Assembly: GCA_964641415.1 (NCBI GenBank)
Contig: CAZXMW010000001.1
Location: forward strand, 227,816 to 291,815
DNA length: 64,000 nucleotides
Direction: 5' to 3'
Source of the DNA: an uncultured Thermoanaerobaculia bacterium
GTDB lineage: Bacteria > Acidobacteriota > Thermoanaerobaculia > Thermoanaerobaculales > Sulfomarinibacteraceae
The position numbers and the translations under genes are program-made. Below, one piece after another: positions 1 to 10,674 of the stretch. The notes beneath the pieces were generated by a model. It searched no databases. It was not told the origin of the DNA and was given only the letters and a program-made list of their open reading frames with translations. Position 1 is the first letter of the stretch. The number at the start of each line of letters is the position of its first letter.

Positions 1-1
1 C

Positions 2-208
2 CTGCCGGGCGGGTCTCGCCCGGCGGCGCTCGCTCACCTCGCGAGGACGGTGTGCCGCCGCGCCGAACGACGGGTCGTCGCCGTCGCTCAGGTCGACTCT
101 GGCATCATCCCCTACCTCAACCGTTTGTCGGACGCGCTGTTCGTCGCCGCGCGGCAGATCAACGCCGAGCGCGGGATCGCGGACCCCGAATGGCGCCGGG
201 GTGCGTGA
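2..208 (+). CDS. PduO-type ATP:cob(I)alamin adenosyltransferase, C-terminal fragment (gene starts left of the window)
   Basis: Open frame from the window edge to TGA 206-208 reads [28 protein letters not shown]...[20 protein letters not shown]. The [10 protein letters not shown] and YLNRLSDxLFV blocks are typical of PduO-type enzymes. It is absent from the ORF track because it has no start codon in the window. Confidence 0.75.
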   Translation: MPGGSRPAALAHLARTVCRRAERRVVAVAQVDSGIIPYLNRLSDALFVAARQINAERGIADPEWRRGA

Positions 209-405
209 AACCGACATGCTCGTGCCGGTTTTCTTCCGGAAACCGCAGTTTTCGGCAATCTCGGCGTCGACCTGCGTTTTTCAAGCACCTGAGCAGCAGG
301 TGCTCGGCTCGTCTCATCCACCAGAATCGTTCACCTCAGGTCCGGCGTGTCGCAGTACGGCTCCGCGCAAATTTCTGATTTTGTGAGCTTTGCCTGAAAA
401 ACTCC
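188..405. repeat. Copy A of a diverged inverted repeat pair (partner at 18703-18886)
   Basis: Colinear anchors in reverse complement. gaatggcgccgg (188-199) matches ccggcaccattc (18875-18886) at 11/12. tccggaaac (235-243) matches gtttccgga (18812-18820) exactly. ggcaatctcggcgtc (254-268) matches gacgccgagattgcc (18787-18801) as an exact 15-mer. ttctgat (about 373-379) matches atcagaa (about 18732-18738). Copy A carries an extra segment of about 60 nt (about 275-335) with the hairpin AGCACCTG/CAGGTGCT. Confidence 0.55.
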
Positions 406-704
406 GGCTCCTGCTTGAAAACGTCGCCGTGACCACCGGAGTTTTCGAAGGGGGTCTTGCTAGGATGTGCCACCTGATGGAAACCGCGCTCTTCCTCGTC
501 GCCGTCGAACGGGAGCCTGGGCCCGCTTGGTACAATGCCGGCGTGGACTCCGAACTGACAGACGGCGGGGGAGTGCGTGATCGCGCACGGCTCGGACGGC
601 GAGGACCGGTATTTCATGGATAGCCGGGACCAACCCCCCAGTCCCGGTCGTCGGGCGGGCCGCTGGCAGTCGGGCGGACGCGCTCGGAGCGGGGAGTCGG
701 TCCG

Positions 705-1679
705 TTGCTGACCGTCACCATCGATGAAAACCATGCCGAAAAGCTATTCGGAACGAGGGACCTCAACCTGCGCTACCTCGAGGAGCGGCTCGGTCTCGAG
801 CTGAATGCCCGGGGCCCGGAGATCGGGATTCGCGGTGGCGACGAGGCGTCACGGCGGCTCGCCGCGCGGCTTCTCGATGCCCTCGACCGGCTCCTTGCGG
901 CCGGCGCTGCGGTGGATCGGGAGGAGTTTCGCACCGGTGTCCGCGTCCTCGAGGAGGATCCCGAGACCGACCTCGTCGAGTTCTTCCTCGACGCCTCGGT
1001 GGCACCGTCTATCCGCCGGTTCGTCGCACCCCGCAACCTCAACCAAAGGCTTTTCATCCGGTCGGTCAGCTCGCACGACTATGTGTTCGCGATCGGTCCC
1101 GCCGGTACCGGCAAAACCTACTTGGCGGCGGCGCTGGCCGCCGCGGCGCTCATGGACAAGCAGGTCAAACGGCTGGTGCTGTGCCGTCCGGCGGTCGAGG
1201 CCGGTGAGCGGCTCGGGTTCTTGCCGGGCGATCTCGTGGAGAAGGTCAACCCGTACCTGCGGCCAGTCTACGACGCGCTGTATGACATCCTGGGCTACGA
1301 CAAGACCGCGCGCCTCATCGAACGCCAGGTGATCGAGATCGCACCCTTGGCGTTCATGCGCGGGAGAACGCTGAACGACGCGTTCATCATCCTGGACGAG
1401 GCCCAGAACACGACCCGCGAGCAGATGAAGATGTTCCTCACCCGAATGGGGTTCCACTCCAAGGCGGTGATCACCGGCGACGTGACCCAAATCGATCTGC
1501 CCGGGCGGGCACGTTCGGGCCTCGTCGAGGCGATCGAGATTCTCACCGGTGTCGACGGCATCGCGTTCGTCAACTTCACCCACCGGGATGTCGTCCGTCA
1601 CCGGCTGGTCGAGGTCGTGGTCGACCGCTACAACCGGTGGGAGGCGGAGCATCCGCGAAATCGCGAGGACGACCGATGA
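705..1679 (+). CDS. phoH: PhoH-like ATPase
   Basis: 324 aa. Walker A GPAGTGKTY, LPGDLVEKVNPYLRPVYDAL and IILDEAQNTT motifs typical of PhoH/YbeZ. TTG start with GGGGAG upstream. The stop overlaps the next start (ATGA at 1676). Confidence 0.9.
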   Translation: MLTVTIDENHAEKLFGTRDLNLRYLEERLGLELNARGPEIGIRGGDEASRRLAARLLDALDRLLAAGAAVDREEFRTGVRVLEEDPETDLVEFFLDASVAPSIRRFVAPRNLNQRLFIRSVSSHDYVFAIGPAGTGKTYLAAALAAAALMDKQVKRLVLCRPAVEAGERLGFLPGDLVEKVNPYLRPVYDALYDILGYDKTARLIERQVIEIAPLAFMRGRTLNDAFIILDEAQNTTREQMKMFLTRMGFHSKAVITGDVTQIDLPGRARSGLVEAIEILTGVDGIAFVNFTHRDVVRHRLVEVVVDRYNRWEAEHPRNREDDR

Positions 1680-4000
1680 ACCGGAAGCGCTCGCACTCCG
1701 GCCGGCGGACCGCCTCGCGCATCACCCGGGGGCTCGAGGAGCGCGGCGGTCTGTGGCAGCGCGTGCTCGAGATGCCGGTTGCCTGGGCGTCGATCACGAT
1801 CGTCCTGTGCACGATGTGGCTGCTGCCTCGGCTTCACACCGATGTCCCGACCTGGCCGGTCGGCGCCGTGGCGGCGTACGACGTGGTTGTGCCGCGCGAT
1901 CTCAGCCTTCCGGACGACGCCGCGACCGAGGCTGCCCGGGCCGAGGCGCGCGCCGCGGTGCTGCCGGTTTTCGACTTCGACCCACGGATCCGGACCGAGC
2001 TCGAGACCGAGCTCGCCGAGGTCTTCGAAGCCTGTCGGCAGTGGCTCGACGACGGCTCCGCGGGCCTGGACGATCTCGCCGCGGCAACCGTCCTGAGCAT
2101 CGACGCGACGATGGTCAACGTGCTCGCCGAGGCGGAGTGCTCGGTTTCTTTGGAACAGGCGATCCTCACGGTGGTCGGAAACGTTTACCGGGGCGGACTG
2201 GTCGACGATCGTCGCGAGCTCGACCGACGCGCCGAGCGCGGGTTGGTGATCCGCGAGCTCGGCGGCGGCGTCGAACGACGGTCCAGCGTCGATGATCTGG
2301 CGGAAGCGGTCGACGGGCGGGCGGGGCTCGAGGGTAGCCTCCAAACCCGGTTGCTGGCACAGGAGGCGGTAGCCCGCCGTTGGGTCCGGCCGACGCTCGA
2401 TTTTCTCGCCGCCAACATGCTGCCGAGCATCGTGCTCAACCGTGCCGAAACTGCCAGCCGGACCGCCGATGCCGAAAACCAGGTTGCGCCGCGGTCGCGG
2501 CTGCTGCGCCGCGGCCAGGTGCTCGTTCGCCGGGGCGACCGGGTGTCGCCGGAGGTCGCACAGACCCTGCGGGTGCTCGACCGGCAGAGCCACGACGTCA
2601 CCGAGTACTCGAGGGTGCTCGGAGTCGGTTTGCTGGTGGTTCTCGCGGTCGCTGCGTGGTGGCCGACCCAGCGGCTGTTCGGCGGCGCGATCGGCGGGGC
2701 ACGCCGCCGCTTGTCGATGATCTACATCCTGATGGTTCTCTTCGTCGGTCTCAACCGGCTCGGGGTCTTCCTCGCAGAGGCGGTGTCGCGAAGCGTCCAG
2801 GGACAGACGCTGTCGAATTTCGACTCCTACCTCTGGGGGCTGCCGTTCGCCGCCGGTCCGTCCATGGTCTTCCTGCTCCTCGGGTTGATGCCGGCGTTGG
2901 TCTTCGCCGTGGTCGGAGCGGTCCTGGCCGGCCTGCTGCTCGACGGTCAGCTCAGCATGGCGATCTTCGCACTGGTCTCGGGGCTTGCCGGCGTGCTCGC
3001 GTCGCGCAGGTTTTCCGAGCGTTCGGCGATGAGCCGGATCGGACTGACGGTGGGTGGGATCGGCGTGCTGGTCTTCCTGGCGCTCGAGCTGTACGGCGGT
3101 CTCGCCGAACGCCCGGAGTCGATCCTGTTCGGCTGTGGCTGGGCGTTCGTCGGCGGTCTGCTCGCGATCGCCATCGTGACCTCGATTCTGCCGCTGTTCG
3201 AGGGCCTGTTCGGGGTGACCACGGATCTGCGGCTGCTCGAGCTTTCCAATCAGAATCTGCCACTGCTCAAGCGGTTGTCCCTGGAGGCGCCGGGGACCTA
3301 CCAGCACTCGCTGGCGGTCAGCAATCTGGTCGAAGCCGGCGCCGACGCGGTCGGTGCGAACGCGCTCCTGCTTCGGGTGTGCGCCTACTACCATGACATC
3401 GGGAAGCTGGTGAAGCCCTCCTACTTCGTCGAGAACCAGCGCGGTGTCAATCCCCACGACGACCTGTCGCCGTCGATGTCGTCTCTGGTCATCCAGAGTC
3501 ACGTCAAGGAGGGCCTGGAAATGGCGAGGGCGGCCGGACTGCCGCTGATCATCCGGCAGGGCATCGCCACCCACCATGGGACCAAGCTGATCCGGTTCTT
3601 CTTTCACAAGGCTCGTGATCAGGCCGCGACCACCAAGTCCGAGGTGCGGGAAAGCGACTTCCGTTACCCCGGACCGAAGCCGGACACCAAGGAGCTCGGC
3701 ATTCTGCTGCTGGCTGACGCGGTCGAAGCGGCGGCTCGTACGATCGAGCAACCGACCCCGACCAGGCTCCAGGGGATGATCAAGAAGCTCCTCGACGACG
3801 CCCTGGAGGACGGTCAGCTCGACGACACGGAGCTGACCTTTTCGGAGCTCGACAGAGTCGGATCGGCATTTCTGTGGGTTCTGACCAATATGTACCACCA
3901 TCGGATCGACTACCCGGGATTCGACTTCAACCGAAGGAAGGCGTCGCGTGAGCATGGTGCTCATCAACTGGGAACGGCGACCGTCTCGTCCCGCGGCTGA
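1676..4000 (+). CDS. pgpH: 7TM-HD membrane phosphohydrolase (PgpH-like)
   Basis: Extracellular/7TM region followed by an HD domain (YYHDIGK, HHG). Standard position between phoH and ybeY. The ATG at 1676 overlaps the phoH stop and is preferred over the track start at 1637. Confidence 0.85.
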   Translation: MNRKRSHSGRRTASRITRGLEERGGLWQRVLEMPVAWASITIVLCTMWLLPRLHTDVPTWPVGAVAAYDVVVPRDLSLPDDAATEAARAEARAAVLPVFDFDPRIRTELETELAEVFEACRQWLDDGSAGLDDLAAATVLSIDATMVNVLAEAECSVSLEQAILTVVGNVYRGGLVDDRRELDRRAERGLVIRELGGGVERRSSVDDLAEAVDGRAGLEGSLQTRLLAQEAVARRWVRPTLDFLAANMLPSIVLNRAETASRTADAENQVAPRSRLLRRGQVLVRRGDRVSPEVAQTLRVLDRQSHDVTEYSRVLGVGLLVVLAVAAWWPTQRLFGGAIGGARRRLSMIYILMVLFVGLNRLGVFLAEAVSRSVQGQTLSNFDSYLWGLPFAAGPSMVFLLLGLMPALVFAVVGAVLAGLLLDGQLSMAIFALVSGLAGVLASRRFSERSAMSRIGLTVGGIGVLVFLALELYGGLAERPESILFGCGWAFVGGLLAIAIVTSILPLFEGLFGVTTDLRLLELSNQNLPLLKRLSLEAPGTYQHSLAVSNLVEAGADAVGANALLLRVCAYYHDIGKLVKPSYFVENQRGVNPHDDLSPSMSSLVIQSHVKEGLEMARAAGLPLIIRQGIATHHGTKLIRFFFHKARDQAATTKSEVRESDFRYPGPKPDTKELGILLLADAVEAAARTIEQPTPTRLQGMIKKLLDDALEDGQLDDTELTFSELDRVGSAFLWVLTNMYHHRIDYPGFDFNRRKASREHGAHQLGTATVSSRG

Positions 4001-4373
4001 GGCCCTGCGGCGGACCGTGAGCGGCTGCCTCGGCCGGCTTGACGTCGGCCCCGCGGAGGTCCACGTCCTGATCACGGGAGACGAACGGATCCGCGAGCTC
4101 AACCGGCTGTATCTCGGCCGAGACATGGCGACCGACGTTCTGTCGTTTCCGGACGGAGATCTGCTGCCGACGGGTCGACGGCTGCTCGGCGAGATCGTGA
4201 TCTCGATCGACACCGCGCGGCGGCAGGCACAGACGGAGGGTCACGGCGAGCTCCGCGAGCTTCAGGAGCTGGTCGTGCACGGAACGCTGCACCTGCTCGG
4301 TTGGGACCACGCCGCCGACGACGGCGAGATGAACCGGCTCGAGCTCGACCTCCGGGAGGCGTTGTTGTCGTGA
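3948..4373 (+). CDS. ybeY: rRNA maturation endoribonuclease YbeY
   Basis: 141 aa. TDVLSFP and the metal-site motif HGTLHLLGWDH. The start is uncertain (GTG 3948 or ATG 3954). Confidence 0.9.
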   Translation: MSMVLINWERRPSRPAAEALRRTVSGCLGRLDVGPAEVHVLITGDERIRELNRLYLGRDMATDVLSFPDGDLLPTGRRLLGEIVISIDTARRQAQTEGHGELRELQELVVHGTLHLLGWDHAADDGEMNRLELDLREALLS

Positions 4374-5641
4374 CCTCTTTGTTGATCGCCTGGCTGTCGG
4401 ATCCGATCACCCTCGGTCTTGTCGGCGCCGCGCTCGCGGTCTTCGTCGTTGTCGTCGAGCTGCTCCTTTCCAGTCTCGCCCGGCTCGGCAATGTCCGTTT
4501 CCAGGGCATCCTCGAGGACCATCAGCGCATGCTTCGGCGACTTGCCGATCCGCCGGCCCCCCTGTCCAAGGTGACCGACATCCTGCGTTGGATCGAGATC
4601 GCGAGCCTCGGGTTGCTGTGGCTGGTCGTCGGCCACGCCACCTGGCCCGAGTCGTGGCACAGGGTGGTGGTCGCGGTCGTGGCGACCGCGGTGCTGGTCG
4701 GCGTCACTCGGCTGGCGGTGAGCTCCCTCGACGAAGATGCGATCGCCAAGCTGCTGCGCCTGGTATCACCGGTTGCCGGTCCGTTGATCCGCATCCTCGG
4801 CGCCAACGGAGATCCGGACCCGACAGCGACGGCGACCCTGGAGGAGGAGGACGAGGCGTCCGAGCGAGAGATCCAGGCCTATCTCGAGGCCGGCCAGGCG
4901 GCCGGGATCTTCGAGGTCGAAGAGGGCGAGTTCGTCGAGTCGCTGGTCGATTTCTTCGACACCGTGGTGCGCGAGGTGATGACGCCCCGCACCGACATGG
5001 TGACGGTGCCCGACACGGTCTCGCTGGACGAGCTGCTGGAGATCTTCGGCAGCACGCTCAAGAGCCGTGTTCCGGTCTATCACGAGACCGTCGACCGGGT
5101 GATCGGCTTTGTTCACGTCAAGAAATGCGTCCAGCACATCATCGGTGGCAGCCGACCGCCGGTCGACGCACTGGTCAATCCGTGTCTCGTGGTGCCCGAG
5201 ACCAAGCCTCTCGGCGAGCTGCTGCGCGACTTCCAACAGAACCACCAGCAGATGGCCATTGTCGTCGACGAGTACGGTGGCACCTCAGGGTTGGTGACCC
5301 TCGAGGACATTCTGGAGGAGATCGTCGGTGAGATCGAGGACGAACACGACGCCCGGCAGCCGCCCGAGTGGCAGGAGATCGAGCCCGGAGTGTTCCGACT
5401 GCAGGGGCGGGCGCCGCTCGAGACGCTCGGGGACCTGGTCGGTCGAGAGATCGCCGAGGAGGACGTCGACACGGTCGGTGGCCTGGTCTTCTCACGCCAC
5501 GGTACGGTGCCGGAAGCCGGCACCCTGGTCGAGGACCCGGTCCACGGACTCGCCTTCGTGGTCGACGAGATGGATGAGCGCCGAATCGTCAGCGTGACGG
5601 TGCGGCGGTCGGACTTCGCCGAGCCTTCGGTCGAAGAGTGA
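4370..5641 (+). CDS. DUF21-CBS-CorC_HlyC family membrane protein (CorC/TlyC-like)
   Basis: N-terminal TM region, CBS pair and C-terminal CorC_HlyC-like end (FRLQGRAPLETL...VEDPVHGLAFVVDEMDERRI). GTG 4370 forms a GTGA overlap with the ybeY stop. The Arg-rich N-terminus in the track (from 4301) is discounted. Confidence 0.85.
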   Translation: MTSLLIAWLSDPITLGLVGAALAVFVVVVELLLSSLARLGNVRFQGILEDHQRMLRRLADPPAPLSKVTDILRWIEIASLGLLWLVVGHATWPESWHRVVVAVVATAVLVGVTRLAVSSLDEDAIAKLLRLVSPVAGPLIRILGANGDPDPTATATLEEEDEASEREIQAYLEAGQAAGIFEVEEGEFVESLVDFFDTVVREVMTPRTDMVTVPDTVSLDELLEIFGSTLKSRVPVYHETVDRVIGFVHVKKCVQHIIGGSRPPVDALVNPCLVVPETKPLGELLRDFQQNHQQMAIVVDEYGGTSGLVTLEDILEEIVGEIEDEHDARQPPEWQEIEPGVFRLQGRAPLETLGDLVGREIAEEDVDTVGGLVFSRHGTVPEAGTLVEDPVHGLAFVVDEMDERRIVSVTVRRSDFAEPSVEE

Positions 5642-6633
5642 TGAAGCCGGTGCTGGAGGGGAAGGGCGAGGTGGTGGGAGACGGTGCAGCTCGTTCCGGG
5701 ACGGTGGCGCTGGTCGGCCGGCCCAACGCGGGAAAGTCGACGCTGCTCAACACGCTGCTCGGCGACAAGGTCGCCATCGTGTCGGACAAGCCCCAGACGA
5801 CACGGAACCGGATCATAGGGATCGTCACGGAGGATCGCGGCCAGGTCGTCTTCTTCGACCTGCCCGGCGTCCACCGGCCCCAACACAAGATGAACTCGCG
5901 GATGATGCAGGAAGTGCGATCCGCGCTCGAAGAGGTCGATCTCGTGCTCCACCTCATCGACGCCACGATCCCGTGGGGTGGTGGCGAGCAGTACCTGTTC
6001 GACCTGCTCGAACCGGTGCCGTCGCCGGTCCTCGGAGTGCTCACCAAGATCGATCTGCTGCGCTCGAGGGAGGCTCTGCTCCCGCTCATCGAGGCGTACG
6101 TTGAGCGACGTCCGGGAACCGCCGTCGTGCCGATCTCGGCGCCGCGGGCCGATGGGTTGCCGGAGCTTCTCGGTCAGATCTTCCAGCGGCTGCCCGTCGG
6201 CCCGCCGCTCTATCCCGGAGATGTCACGACGACCCAGACCGAGCGGTTCTTCATTGCCGAGGTGGTTCGCGAGAAGCTGCTTGCACGAACGCGCAACGAG
6301 CTGCCCTACAGCACCGGCGTTGTCGTCGACTTCCTCGACGAACAGAATGACCTCCTTCGAGTCGATGCGGTGATCTACGTCGAGCGGTCGAGCCAGAAGG
6401 GCATCGTCATCGGCAAGGGCGGACGCATGATCAAGGCCGTCGGCACCGCTGCCCGCCAGGAGCTCGAGCGACTGCTCGGGATCCGCATCTACCTCGAGCT
6501 CCACGTCAAGGTGCATTCCAGGTGGCGCGACGATGTCCGCGTCCTTCGTGACATGGAGCCGGGCGCTGCGAGACTCGACGAGGGACTTGCCGATCTGATC
6601 ACGCCGCCCGGCGAACCGGAGGTTGAACCGTGA
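5638..6633 (+). CDS. era: GTPase Era
   Basis: G1 motif GRPNAGKSTLLN, DKPQTTR, DLPG, TKID and a C-terminal KH domain (GKGGRMIKAVGTAARQELE). The start is GTG 5638 or ATG 5641, overlapping the corC-like stop. Confidence 0.9.
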   Translation: MMKPVLEGKGEVVGDGAARSGTVALVGRPNAGKSTLLNTLLGDKVAIVSDKPQTTRNRIIGIVTEDRGQVVFFDLPGVHRPQHKMNSRMMQEVRSALEEVDLVLHLIDATIPWGGGEQYLFDLLEPVPSPVLGVLTKIDLLRSREALLPLIEAYVERRPGTAVVPISAPRADGLPELLGQIFQRLPVGPPLYPGDVTTTQTERFFIAEVVREKLLARTRNELPYSTGVVVDFLDEQNDLLRVDAVIYVERSSQKGIVIGKGGRMIKAVGTAARQELERLLGIRIYLELHVKVHSRWRDDVRVLRDMEPGAARLDEGLADLITPPGEPEVEP

Positions 6634-6647
6634 GCCGCGCCGACACG

Positions 6648-7070
6648 CTACTCGTGCCGCTCGGGAGGACGCCGCAGAGCCTTCTTTTTTGATCGACGCC
6701 GCTTGTTCTCAAGGCGTCGCCGCTTCGCGGCCTTGCTGACCCTGGTCGGCTTGCGCTCTGCGCGTTCTCCAAGCGCGTCGTCGACGAGCTCGATGAAGCG
6801 GGCGATGGCGGCGTGGCGGTTGGCCTCCCGGCTGCGGTGGCGCTGCGAGGTGACGCGAAGGATGCCGTCCTTCGTGATCCGGGTCGCCAGCTGATCGGCG
6901 AGCTGTGCCTTCTGCTCGTCGGTCAGCGACGGCGATGCGTCGATGTCGAACCGAACGGTCACCTTGGTCTCGACCTTGTTGACGTTCTGTCCGCCGGGAC
7001 CCGAGCTGCGCGCGAACTCGAACTCGAGCTCGGCCTCGGGGATGGCGACCTCGTCGTTGATCTCGAGCAT
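6648..7070 (-). CDS. arfB: Alternative ribosome-rescue factor ArfB (peptidyl-tRNA hydrolase, GGQ domain)
   Basis: 140 aa. GPGGQNVNKVETKV GGQ motif and a basic C-terminal tail (KRRRLENKRRRSKKK). Confidence 0.85.
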   Translation of the reverse strand: MLEINDEVAIPEAELEFEFARSSGPGGQNVNKVETKVTVRFDIDASPSLTDEQKAQLADQLATRITKDGILRVTSQRHRSREANRHAAIARFIELVDDALGERAERKPTRVSKAAKRRRLENKRRRSKKKALRRPPERHE

Positions 7071-7138
7071 GGAGCGAGCCTATCCGACCCGACAGAAAGT
7101 TCCAATCCATGAGAATCGCAGCCACTCAAAGCTGCGGG

Positions 7139-8467
7139 CTACAGCAGACTTTCGATCTCCTCCGCGATCTTGTCCTCGTCACCGGGCTCGAAGCCGAGAT
7201 GCGAGTACATCACGCGTCCCTCGCGGTCGATCAGAAAGGATGTCGGGAAGCTGTTGATGCCGAACAGGTTCTGGACCACCTCGGCGTCGCCCTCGCCGTT
7301 TTCGAGGGCGGGGTAGGTCAGGCCGTGCTTGTCGATGAACTTGGTCGCGAGCTCGGTCTGGCGCTTGCCGTCGACGACGACGACGGTGAAGCCCTGTTCG
7401 GCATAGGTCTCATACAGAGGCTGCAGGCGTGGCAACTCCACGCGGCAGCCGCTTCACGTGGGGAACCAGAAGGCGAGCAGGGTGACCTTGCCGTCGGAAA
7501 GAGCCGAGAAGTCGTGCGACTGACCTTCATAGTCGACGAGCGCGAAATCATCGATCGGTTTGGCGAGGCGCTGCCGTTTTGACCAGAGGAACTCGGCGAA
7601 GCCCTGCCGGCTGCCGCTGGTGGTCGCGAAGGCGGTCTCCAGCACTTTGATTGCATCCTTGTCGGAGCCCATCACCGCGGCCGGCGTCACCAGATCGATC
7701 GCCTCCTCGGGGTTGCCGGCCGCGAGCATGGCCTTGGCCCGGTACAGATCGAGCGGCGTGTCCGGAACGCCGAGGTAGTCGACGGTCTTCAGCGGGGTCG
7801 CCCGGTCGAAGGCGGCCAGCGCCTCGTCCGTGCGGTCCAGGTTCCACAGCGCCCACCCGAGGTTCGCCAGGCTCATGACCCGTCGACGGTCGGCCTTGGC
7901 CTCGGCCTGCTCCCGGGTGGAGTCGTCGTCAGGGTAATCGGCGAGAAAGGCCTCGGGTGTCGCCTTCTCCAACGCCGCCTGGGCATATTTCGCGCCGGTG
8001 GACCACTGACCGTGCTCGACCGCGAGGTCGGAAACGTCGATCCGCTCGCCGAAGGTGAGGGGGCGCTCCGCCGCGAGCTCCTCGGCGATCGCGGCGAGGT
8101 CCATGGGCTCGCCGATCTCCGCGGAAAGCGGGAACATGGCCCTGGCGATCTCGAACCGAGTCTTCGGGTCGGTGTTCGCCTCGAGGGTTGTGCCGAGCAC
8201 GGCAAGGGCGCCTTCCGCGTCGCCCATGTCTTCCCCGCGGTAGTAGGCAAGGGCTCCGGCAAGCCGGCCGGCGTATCCGGTGTCGGGATGAGTGTCGAGG
8301 AACCCTTCAATGAGCTGGACCTTTTCGGCGCTTGTCTCGACTTCGTCGTACTCGGTCCGGAAGTCGGCCCATGCCTGTTCGAGATCGGCCTCTGGAGCCT
8401 GTTGGGCGCAGCCGCTCGTCAAACCAAGCGCGATGGACAGCCCGATTGCCAGTGTCGTTTTCCTCAT
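7139..8467 (-). CDS. TPR + thioredoxin-fold (TlpA/ResA-like) lipoprotein with in-frame UGA in a UxxC motif (probable selenoprotein)
   Basis: Track ORFs 7454-8479 and 7139-7441 share one frame and are separated only by TGA at 7454-7456. The read-through peptide is KVTLLAFWFPT-U-SGCRVELPRLQPLYETY, matching the FWATWCxxCxxExP redox-site pattern. Lipobox LGLTSGC near the N-terminus. ATG 8467 is preferred (GGAGGA upstream); ATG 8479 is the alternative. Confidence 0.7.
7419..7450 (-). promoter_or_regulatory. SECIS-like stem-loop immediately 3' of the in-frame UGA
   Basis: mRNA reads UGA AGC GGCUGC-C-GCGUGG-AGUUG-CCACGC-CU-GCAGCC. Two 6-bp helices are separated by a small internal bulge, with a 5-nt apical loop containing G and U. 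The loop starts 16 nt after the UGA. Confidence 0.55.
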
Positions 8468-8567
8468 CGAATCCTCCATACCCCGCCAGGTCGATCAGCG
8501 GTGTTTCGCACATTTGCGCGTACAAGAGAGTATACGGCCTGCCCTGCTTGAAAGATACAGATCTGAT

Positions 8568-8614
8568 CTCGATTTCGACTGGGCATTCCGAAGGGAGGGC
8601 CGGTCGAAATCGAG
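8568..8614 (+). promoter_or_regulatory. Perfect 12-bp inverted repeat enclosing the mtnA Shine-Dalgarno region
   Basis: CTCGATTTCGAC (8568-8579) and GTCGAAATCGAG (8603-8614) flank a 23-nt spacer containing GAAGGGAGGG. The repeat ends 12 nt before ATG 8627. Confidence 0.35.
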
Positions 8615-8626
8615 TATCCTTTGGTC

Positions 8627-9741
<1,115 letters not shown>

Positions 9742-9745
<4 letters not shown>

Positions 9746-10674
9746 GCCGACGCTGGATGGCGCCCGGGATCATGGTGCTCACGCTGCTCGGCGCCGCCGG
9801 CTGCGCGACCACGAACGGGACGGGGGTCGGGCCATGGGATGTCGCGGGCGCCGAGATTCTCACCTGGAACCCCGACGACGAGAGCTTTAGCCAGGATCGC
9901 GCGCTCGAGACCTCAGGCCTGGCCAGAACCGGCGACGCGATGGTGGCGCCGTCGGAGAAGTACGCCCGGTTGCTCTTCTTCGACGCCGATCTCGATGCCC
10001 GAGTCGTCGAGATCGGGGTGCCTCGGCACGCCGAGCTGGAGGGCGTCGCGTGGCACGACAACACGCTGTACCTGTGCGACGAGGCTCACGCTGCGGTCTA
10101 CCGGGTTGATCTCGGCCCGCCGACGCACGGCGTGCCGAGGTTGGCTGCCGTCGAGCTGCCCCTCGAAGGACTCGAGCTCGCCGGCGGCAAGATCGGTCTC
10201 GAGGGCATCGAGGTTTCCCGTGACGGGCGTGTCGTCCTGCTGCTGCTCGAGCGCTCCGGCGACACCGCAGCCGGCTGCGTCTCCCGGATCTGGCAGCTGC
10301 GCGTCGAGCCCGACAGTCTGGCGGCGCTGGGCACGCCGATCGACATCCCCCTCGACGATTGCAACTGGCGGATCACCGGGCTCGCGTGGCTCGACGATCG
10401 GCTGCTCGGCCTGCTGACCCAGTATCCCGGCGAGCGGTACCGCGTCGTCGAGATCGACCTTGTCAGCGGTGCGACGCGACCGGTGCAGGACCTCACTGAT
10501 TTTCTGCGCGGCGTCCGGGCCGACGGCTGGGGCAACAACGTCGAGGGCATCGGCATCGGCGACGACGGTTCCCTGTGGCTGATCGGGGACAACGCGGTCA
10601 CCGGGGTCATTGACGATCCGTATCCACCGTCGACCGACGAGAAGGCCCTGCTGGTCCGGATCCCGAGACGGTAG
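9742..10674 (+). CDS. Secreted lipoprotein, possibly YjiK/SdiA-regulated-like beta-propeller
   Basis: ATG 9742 forms an ATGA overlap with the mtnA stop. Signal/lipobox LTLLGAAGCATT. Repeated LEGIEVS / NVEGIGIGDDGSLWLIGDN-type blades. The family call is tentative. Confidence 0.5.

Noticed and set aside
1628-4213. Very long antisense or alternative-frame ORFs in the track. Examples: 1628-4213(-) 861 aa, 21526-22932(-), 28694-30901(+) 735 aa, 33397-34923(-), 47168-48553(+), 47601-48872(-), and the N-terminal parts of 32850-35903(+) and 58915-61896(-).
   Set aside because: They are Arg/Pro/Gly/Ala-rich low-complexity translations with no recognisable motifs. They lie opposite or out of frame to genes with clear family signatures. 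This is the expected stop-codon-poor artefact of high-GC DNA.
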